A DNA stretch of 64,000 bases, from contig JAZRRN010000049.1 in the NCBI GenBank assembly GCA_045650745.1, positions 64,091 through 128,090 of the forward strand, given 5' to 3'. This DNA comes from Candidatus Caccovivens sp. GTDB lineage: Bacteria > Bacillota > Clostridia > Christensenellales > UBA1242. Position numbers and translations under genes: made by a program. Under the pieces are notes generated by a model. The model searched no databases. It saw only the letters and a list, made by a program, of their open reading frames with translations, and was not told the origin of the DNA. Of this stretch, positions 57,619-64,000 are shown one piece after another; within the stretch, counting starts at the first letter, position 1, and every line of letters begins with the position of its first letter.

Positions 57619-58368
57619 TTACAAACATAAATCCAGGCACATCATTATCACAAATCCTAGCAAAAAGCAGCAAGTGTTTAGTATTGGCAGTTTTGGTTGT
57701 ATTGAATCTGGCAAAAGTTCTTCAAAAATCACAAAAAGCATTGTTCCTGCAGAAAATGAAAGCAACCATGGCAGCAACGAAGTGATGTGTGATGCAAGAA
57801 AAAATCCCAAAACTGCAAAAACTGGTTCGCAAATGCCACTTAAAGTGCCCAGCGCAAACGCTTTTGCCTTGTTTTTGGTGCAGCTGTATATTGGCAGAGC
57901 TGTGGCAAGTCCTTCGGGAATGTTTTGAAGTGCAATCCCAATTGCAATTGCGGCAGAAGAGAATGTGATTGAGTTTGTTGAAACTGCATTTCCAACAGCA
58001 AAGCCGACAATAAGTCCTTCGGGAATGTTGTGAAGAGTGATGGCTGAAAACAAAGAGATGAGTTTGTTGTTTTTGGAATGCATTTTTGATGTTATGAGAT
58101 TTGTGGCAATCATAATCAACACTCCAACGCACAGGCCGACAATAATAGGGATAAGAAAGTGAATGGAAAAGCTTTCTTTTGACTGTTCTATTGCCGGAAG
58201 CAATAGAGAGAAAATACTTGCCGAAAGCATGATGCCCGAAGAGAGATTGAGTGTGATGGTGTTTAATGTTGGAGAGAATGATTTGAGCAGGTATATGAAG
58301 GTGCAGCCAAGTGTGGTTGCGAGAAATGGTATTGCAAATGCGATTGTCATCAGTATAGTTTGATTCAT
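57619..58368 (-). CDS. ZIP-family metal (zinc) transporter
   Basis: Two HNIPEGL / QNIPEGL motifs. 8-TM layout. Confidence 0.8.
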   Translation of the reverse strand: MNQTILMTIAFAIPFLATTLGCTFIYLLKSFSPTLNTITLNLSSGIMLSASIFSLLLPAIEQSKESFSIHFLIPIIVGLCVGVLIMIATNLITSKMHSKNNKLISLFSAITLHNIPEGLIVGFAVGNAVSTNSITFSSAAIAIGIALQNIPEGLATALPIYSCTKNKAKAFALGTLSGICEPVFAVLGFFLASHITSLLPWLLSFSAGTMLFVIFEELLPDSIQPKLPILNTCCFLLGFVIMMCLDLCL

Positions 58369-58721
58369 GAAAAAAAACTTCCTAATGGCAGTATATGGTG
58401 AAAAAGTTTTTTATGTCACGGCAATATTTTGACGGAAAAAGGTTGTGTGTAAAAATGATAAAAAATTGACAAAAAATCGGCAAAAATGCAAAAATAATGC
58501 AATTTTATTATTAAAAAATAGCATTTTTATTATATTTTTTAACAAAAATTAAAAATGGTTAAAAATAGAGCGAAAAATGCAAAAAATCGACATTTTTCAA
58601 TGTTTTTAATGTGCCTAAATTACTGACAAAAGTCCACTTTTGAAAACTTGAAATAAATTGTTGGTTTTAAGTGTTATAAATTGACTTTTTTTGATAATTA
58701 TAATATAATATACGCGTAAGA

Positions 58722-58832
58722 TAAAACACGAAATTATTTTACAAAACGATTTACATGAAAATTGCAGATGGCCGTTTCTCAAAAAGGAAGATTTGAGAAA
58801 CCTTTTTGCGTATTGTAAATCTTTCGTGTTTT
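58722..58832 (+). promoter_or_regulatory. Structured, attenuator-like 5' leader of the giant repeat-protein gene
   Basis: Outer helix: AAAACACGAAA (58722-58732) with TTTCGTGTTTT (58822-58832), plus TTTACAA (58737-58743) with TTGTAAA (58813-58819). It encloses the hairpin GTTTCTCAAA (58773-58782) / TTTGAGAAAC (58791-58800), which is followed by CCTTTTT. Confidence 0.45.
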
Positions 58833-58862
58833 GAAAAATCCAATAAGCATAGGAGAGATGTT

Positions 58863-61800
58863 ATGGATAGAATGAAGCGCAGATTTATGTTGGGAATTAT
58901 GGTGAGCTTATGCTTGCTTGTTTCTGTGTTTGGCTTGGGAATAGGATTGGCAAATGTGCCGGTCGGTGTTTCTTCGTCAATTTCACAGGAAGTTGAAAAT
59001 GAAGACAATGCGATTGAAACGGGATCGGAGGAGATTGTTGAAGATTTGCCAATAGGGGCTAATGCTACAAAAGCTACATATAATTCTGCTGTGGGTAGCG
59101 TTTCTGGATCCGTCACATATGATATGTGCAAATTTACATGTTCATCTGGCCCAATTGTTACATTGACTTCTGGGGTTGTCGTTTTTAAGAACTGTGAATT
59201 CTGGCTTGGGGGAAATATAACAATTGTTTCGCCGTCTTCCGGAACAAAGGTTTACTTCTATAACTGTATTTTCTATAGCACTTCGTCAACAGCAGATCGC
59301 TCAATAGCTTTGTCTACATCAACTTCTACTGCTATTGTTCAAGACTGCTTGGGTGTTGGTGTAAGTTTTTCGGGTGTAAATGCTGCTCAAAGTAAATGCT
59401 ATTATTCAAACAGCTGGAATGATGGTATGGCTATCGTTAAAGAAGCTTCCAAATTTTTGACTTCTGGGGACGGACTTTGGACTGGAGCTTGGGATCTTGA
59501 CGCAGCTTGGGCATATCGTGGATACAAGACAATGTCTAGTGGTACCGACACAGGTGTGGTTGTTGCTGAATTGGTTTTGATTCATTCAATCAACTCAACA
59601 GCGACAAAGTTGTTGAACCTTTATTCAAAAAACCCATACAATGGTCAGGTATATCACATTATTTATGACGCATCTAGTGCTGGCTCAATTTCAAAAACAT
59701 CTATTGGATTTTCGTGGCCAGGTTACACCTTGTCAGGTTGGGCATATGACTACAACGGAACTGGTTATGGCGAAAGTATTGCTGTTTCTGGGCCTGGAGA
59801 CTTCTATGCCGTATGGAAGGCAAATGACATCACTGTCACCCTTTCTCGAACTCCTGCCACAAATGGAACTGCAAACATTTATTATACTTTTGGAACTACA
59901 AAATACTATAGCAACTCTACACACACATCGGCAATTACAAAAGTTACTTGTCCAACTAGAACAGGCTACACTTTTAATGGTTATTACACTGCAAGTGGTG
60001 GATCTGGAACAAAGTATATTGGAAGTGATGGAACAATCGACAGCGGACTTTCGGGAAACAGTGTGTTGGCTAGAGCGCAAACTGCAAATTTAACATTGCA
60101 CGCATATTGGACTGCAAATCAATATACAATCACTGCAAACGCAAACACTGGAACAATTTCTGCGACCACAGGTTGGACCGGCACTGGAAATACTGCAACA
60201 AAGAAGGTTGCGTTTGATGCGACATACAGCACATTGCCAACTGCTGCGAAAACAGGTTACACCTTGACAGGTTGGTATACTGCTGCAAGTGGTGGAAGCA
60301 AAATTGAGACTTCTACAAAAATGACAACAGCTTCAGACCACATAATCTATGCACAATGGTCAATCAACAATTACACATTGACAGCAATGAGCGAGTTGGG
60401 TGGATCTAAATTGACGCCAAAAGCAGGTTGGACTGCAAATGGCGATCAACAATGTTCTAAGGCTGTTGCATATGGCACACAATATTTCAACGATTTGCCT
60501 ACAGCGACAAGGGCAGGATATACATTCAGAGAATGGACTTCTGACTCTGCTGGAAAAAATGCTGTTGTCACTACTGTAAAGATGGGTGCTGCAAACGCAA
60601 CAGTTTATGCTCAATACACAGCTCACACATACAAAATCAATCTTGTTCAAAACAACTCTTCAAGTGACACTACATCAGTTTCGAATTTTAATGTAACTTA
60701 TGCTTCTGCTGTTTCTGTGCCTTCGGGAACAAAAACAACTACAACAAGAACAGGTTACAACTTCCAAGGTTTCTTCTCGGCAAGAAGTGGTGGGGTTTTG
60801 GTAATTGGAACAGATGGAAAAGTTAAGGCATCGGCATCTGGATATACAGACGCAAACACTAAATGGATCAATGCTCAATCTACAAACGAGGCAACAATAA
60901 ATCTTTATGCACAATGGACAGCAAAGACATACAAGATCACTTACAATGGAAACGGATCCACAAGTGGCACGATGGCACAACAAACTGTCACATTTGATCA
61001 AGCTGTAACTTTGACAGCAAATGCATTTGTCAAAACAGGTTATAGTTTTGTGAAGTGGACAACAAACAGTGACGGAACAGGGTCGTCTTACTCAAACCAA
61101 CAAAAAGTCAATCCAAACTTGAGTGCGACTGCATCCAATGTAAACCTTTATGCACAATGGACAGCAAATCAATATACTGTTACAGCAAATGCAAACGGTG
61201 GTAGCATCGCTTCGACATCTGGCTGGACTGGCACTGGAAATACTGCAACAAAGAAGGTTTATTACAATTCGGCATACAGCACTCTTCCAAGCGTTTCAAG
61301 GACTGGTTACACATTGTCTGGTTGGTATACTGCGACAAGTGGTGGAACCAAGTTGGAAACTACAACAAAGATGACTACTGCCAACGACCATACAATTTAT
61401 GCGTTGTGGACACCAAACAAAACAACTGTTACGCTTTACAAAAACGAAACTGCTTCTGACACCAATACTGTTACAACTCTTACATTTACCTACGATTCGA
61501 CTACAAGAACACCTTCGTCATTTACAAAACCTGCAAAAACAGGTCACACATTGACGGGTTATTATACAGCAAGATCTGGGGGCACAAGAGTGCTTGATGC
61601 AGAAGGCGTTTTGCTTGCAAGCATAACAAGCTATTCAAACGCATCAAAGGCATGGCAAAATACAAGTTCGGCCGTTTCTCTTTATGCACAATGGACACCA
61701 AATCCATATTCTGTAAACTTTAATGCAAACGGTGGTTCTGGTGGCTCGACTGTTGCTTATGTAAAATATGGTGTTGGCTGGTATAAAGAACAAGCCTGCA

Positions 61801-64000
61801 CAAATGCATTTACTCTTACAAAACCATCAAGGACAGGATATTCCTTTGCTGGATTTAGACAGAGTCAATCAGCATCTTCTAGTCTTGTTTTCAATGCAGA
61901 TGGCAGTGCGGCTTCTGGTTCAACAACAATGTTTACTTCAAATGGTGCCACAATTTATGCACACTGGACAGCAAACCCATATGAAGTTACAGCAAATGCA
62001 AATGGTGGAAGCATTGCATCAACAACAGGCTGGACCGGATCTGGAAATACTGCAAAAAAGACAGTTTATTATGATTCGACATACAGCACTCTTCCAAGTG
62101 TTTCAAGAACTGGTTATTCATTGACAGGTTGGTATACTGCAACTTCAGGTGGAAACAAAGTTGAAACTACAACAACTGTAAAAACTGCTGCAGCTCATAC
62201 AATTTATGCACAATGGTCTCCAATGTCATATACATTGACTGCAGAAGCTAATGGAGGAACAATCCCTTCTACATCTGGTTGGACTGTTGCAACAGGTGGT
62301 GCGACAGCGACAAAGACGGTGGTTTATGATGCAAAATATGGCACATTGCCAGCGCCTACAAAAACCGGATATAATTTTAGTGGTTGGTATACAGCATTAA
62401 CTGGTGGAACTGCAATAACTGCTGATTCAGTAGTTAAAACTGCCGAACATCACAGAATTTATGCACACTGGGCGGCAAAAGAATATACAATCACACTCAA
62501 ATATGATGAAGATGCAAACTCGGGCACAACAGGCGATGTAAAAACTCACAGTTCTTTCAAAGTGAAGTTTGGCTCTGCAGTTGCAAATGCTGGATTTACA
62601 CCAAGAACTGGATATACATTCAACGGTTATCAAATTTCACTCAACAGTGGGGCTTATTTGTTTAACAGTGCAGGTGCGGCTCAAGTCGTTTCTGGCTACA
62701 CAACAACTGGCGCTGTTTGGAATAGAGATGGAGATGTAACTGTTTGGGGTAATTATACCGAACATACATATACAATTGCGTTTAATGCAAATGGTGGTTC
62801 TGGAACAACTGCTTCGATAACAGGTGTTAAATATACAGCAACAAAAACTCTTCCAACTTGTGGATTTACAAAAACGGGTTATGACTTTGTGGGTTGGAAC
62901 ACAAGTGCTGCTGGAACAGGGACAAAATATAATGCCGGAGATCAAGTTTCTAAATTGACTTCTACAAACAATGGAACTTTCACTCTTTATGCTACATGGG
63001 CAGAACATTCTTATGTTGTTAAATTCCATAATGGTCTTGGCACACAATTGGTGAGCGCTTATTTGGTTTACAACAAGACATGGAGCAAGAGTGCTGGTGG
63101 TGTTGGTCCGGTTTCTACATTTAGCGAAATTCAAGCACTTCCTACAAGAACGGGATACACTTTTGCAGAATTTTACACTGGCACCGGTGGCACAGGCACA
63201 AGAATCACTGAAAGTGCCGGAAGATTTACTTCTTCGTCTTTGACATTTACATCGGCAGATACAAATGTTTATGCGCATTGGACTGCAAACACTTACAATA
63301 TTGTGTTCAATTCAAATGGTGGTTCTGGCACAATGTCAAAACAAACAATGACCTATGACACATCTGCAAACTTGACAGCAAATGCGTTTACAAGGACTGG
63401 ATATACATTCCAAGGTTGGTCAAAGTCAGCAAGTGGTGCAAAAGAATATGCTGACAAAGCTTCAGTTAAAAATTTGGCTACAAGCGGTGAAATCACACTC
63501 TATGCCGTTTGGAAAGCAAACACATACACAGTTTCATTTGAAGAAGGCGGCACCGAACATGGCGAAACAATCACTCAACCTTCTATTACAGTGACTTATG
63601 GAACTGCGTTGAAAGGTATCACAATCAGCGTTGGTGCTGGAAAAACAGAATACAAACTTGGACACAACTTTGCTGGATACTTTACACAAGCTGGCTCAAG
63701 TGGATCAATGATCTACAATGCAAGTGGTCAAGCAGTAAAAAGTGTTTCTGGTTACACAGATGCAAGTGGAAACTGGGTTAAGGCTGCAAACACAATTTTG
63801 TATGCTCATTGGACAACTGCATTCTATACTGTGACTTTGAATGCAAACAACGGAACTTTCTCAACTGCAAACACAAACGGTTGGACAATTGGTTCTGGAA
63901 ATGGCAGTGCAACAAAGAGCATTGAGTTTGGCACACAATACGGAAACTTCCCAACAATCTCAAGAGCTGGTTATGATTTCCAAGGTTGGTGGACAGCAAC
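58863..64000 (+). CDS. Giant secreted protein made of tandem Listeria-Bacteroides (InlB B-type, Flg_new) repeats, open at the right edge
   Basis: Absent from the ORF track because there is no stop in the window. RBS AGGAGAG, then MDRMKRRFMLGIMVSLCLLVSVFGLGIGLA (signal peptide). A Cys-containing N-domain of about 280 aa. Then at least 16 units ending in Y-A-x-W-T and containing TGY-x-F/L-x-GW. Confidence 0.85.
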   Translation, partial: MDRMKRRFMLGIMVSLCLLVSVFGLGIGLANVPVGVSSSISQEVENEDNAIETGSEEIVEDLPIGANATKATYNSAVGSVSGSVTYDMCKFTCSSGPIVTLTSGVVVFKNCEFWLGGNITIVSPSSGTKVYFYNCIFYSTSSTADRSIALSTSTSTAIVQDCLGVGVSFSGVNAAQSKCYYSNSWNDGMAIVKEASKFLTSGDGLWTGAWDLDAAWAYRGYKTMSSGTDTGVVVAELVLIHSINSTATKLLNLYSKNPYNGQVYHIIYDASSAGSISKTSIGFSWPGYTLSGWAYDYNGTGYGESIAVSGPGDFYAVWKANDITVTLSRTPATNGTANIYYTFGTTKYYSNSTHTSAITKVTCPTRTGYTFNGYYTASGGSGTKYIGSDGTIDSGLSGNSVLARAQTANLTLHAYWTANQYTITANANTGTISATTGWTGTGNTATKKVAFDATYSTLPTAAKTGYTLTGWYTAASGGSKIETSTKMTTASDHIIYAQWSINNYTLTAMSELGGSKLTPKAGWTANGDQQCSKAVAYGTQYFNDLPTATRAGYTFREWTSDSAGKNAVVTTVKMGAANATVYAQYTAHTYKINLVQNNSSSDTTSVSNFNVTYASAVSVPSGTKTTTTRTGYNFQGFFSARSGGVLVIGTDGKVKASASGYTDANTKWINAQSTNEATINLYAQWTAKTYKITYNGNGSTSGTMAQQTVTFDQAVTLTANAFVKTGYSFVKWTTNSDGTGSSYSNQQKVNPNLSATASNVNLYAQWTANQYTVTANANGGSIASTSGWTGTGNTATKKVYYNSAYSTLPSVSRTGYTLSGWYTATSGGTKLETTTKMTTANDHTIYALWTPNKTTVTLYKNETASDTNTVTTLTFTYDSTTRTPSSFTKPAKTGHTLTGYYTARSGGTRVLDAEGVLLASITSYSNASKAWQNTSSAVSLYAQWTPNPYSVNFNANGGSGGSTVAYVKYGVGWYKEQACTNAFTLTKPSRTGYSFAGFRQSQSASSSLVFNADGSAASGSTTMFTSNGATIYAHWTANPYEVTANANGGSIASTTGWTGSGNTAKKTVYYDSTYSTLPSVSRTGYSLTGWYTATSGGNKVETTTTVKTAAAHTIYAQWSPMSYTLTAEANGGTIPSTSGWTVATGGATATKTVVYDAKYGTLPAPTKTGYNFSGWYTALTGGTAITADSVVKTAEHHRIYAHWAAKEYTITLKYDEDANSGTTGDVKTHSSFKVKFGSAVANAGFTPRTGYTFNGYQISLNSGAYLFNSAGAAQVVSGYTTTGAVWNRDGDVTVWGNYTEHTYTIAFNANGGSGTTASITGVKYTATKTLPTCGFTKTGYDFVGWNTSAAGTGTKYNAGDQVSKLTSTNNGTFTLYATWAEHSYVVKFHNGLGTQLVSAYLVYNKTWSKSAGGVGPVSTFSEIQALPTRTGYTFAEFYTGTGGTGTRITESAGRFTSSSLTFTSADTNVYAHWTANTYNIVFNSNGGSGTMSKQTMTYDTSANLTANAFTRTGYTFQGWSKSASGAKEYADKASVKNLATSGEITLYAVWKANTYTVSFEEGGTEHGETITQPSITVTYGTALKGITISVGAGKTEYKLGHNFAGYFTQAGSSGSMIYNASGQAVKSVSGYTDASGNWVKAANTILYAHWTTAFYTVTLNANNGTFSTANTNGWTIGSGNGSATKSIEFGTQYGNFPTISRAGYDFQGWWTA
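59700..64000 (+). repeat. Tandem coding repeat array (units of about 210-260 bp)
   Basis: Repeat ends read FYAVWKAN, LHAYWTAN, IYAQWSIN, VYAQYTAH, LYAQWTAK, LYAQWTAN, IYALWTPN, LYAQWTPN, IYAHWTAN, IYAQWSPM, IYAHWAAK, VWGNYTEH, LYATWAEH, VYAHWTAN, LYAVWKAN, LYAHWTTA. An identical 30-mer occurs at 60180-60209 and 61230-61259. Confidence 0.85.

Noticed and set aside
58751-63999. Series of Cys-rich minus-strand ORFs (58751-59131, 59733-60080, 60360-60650, 60675-61001, 62427-63278, 63778-63999) and short plus-strand out-of-frame ORFs
   Set aside because: All are antisense or out of frame relative to the single long plus-strand frame that encodes the InlB-B-repeat protein. Their Cys/Ser-rich composition is the signature of reading a Thr/Ala/Gly-rich repeat gene backwards.
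1-64000. CRISPR arrays, IS elements or transposases, integrases, prophage structural genes and rRNA operons
   Set aside because: None was seen on either strand. The only tandem repeats are protein-coding: the PG_binding repeats, the Pmp repeats and the InlB-B repeats.

Overview
Low-GC, Bacillota-like chromosomal replication-origin region. No transposase, integrase, CRISPR array or rRNA gene was seen. Recognised core genes are rsmH (truncated at the left edge), recF, dnaA, dnaN, rpmH, rnpA, yidD, yidC, jag/khpB, mnmE, mnmG, rsmG, parA and parB (followed by two perfect parS palindromes), rubrerythrin, nrdD-nrdG (preceded by tandem NrdR boxes), dut, mgtE, a ZIP transporter and two tRNA-Ser genes. 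The origin gene block is rearranged. recF diverges from dnaA, rpmH-yidC follow dnaN on the same strand, and about 21 kb of mostly head-on accessory genes separate yidC from jag.

That accessory stretch holds an endolysin-like amidase, a receiver-less Spo0A_C-only protein, pnuC, an HTH/AAA_28/CYTH fusion, two tandem cytoplasmic transglutaminase-like paralogs, a zeta-toxin-family pair and an AAC(6')-like GNAT.

The right half holds a cell-surface locus: a 1837-aa two-module Pmp-repeat (GGAI/FxxN) beta-helix protein, a secreted PLD-like protein, an acyltransferase_3 and a lipoprotein. It also holds a second giant gene, open to the window end and absent from the ORF track, made of at least 16 Listeria-Bacteroides (InlB B-type) repeats behind an attenuator-like leader.

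The least explained signal is a 1.1-kb ORF-free gap (41093-42185). On its minus strand a perfect TTGACA-17-TATAAT promoter is followed about 425 nt later by an intrinsic terminator, bracketing a hairpin-rich candidate ncRNA that I cannot assign to a known class.

All calls come from reading translations and motifs by eye. No database search was run. Start codons were chosen by ribosome-binding-site context.
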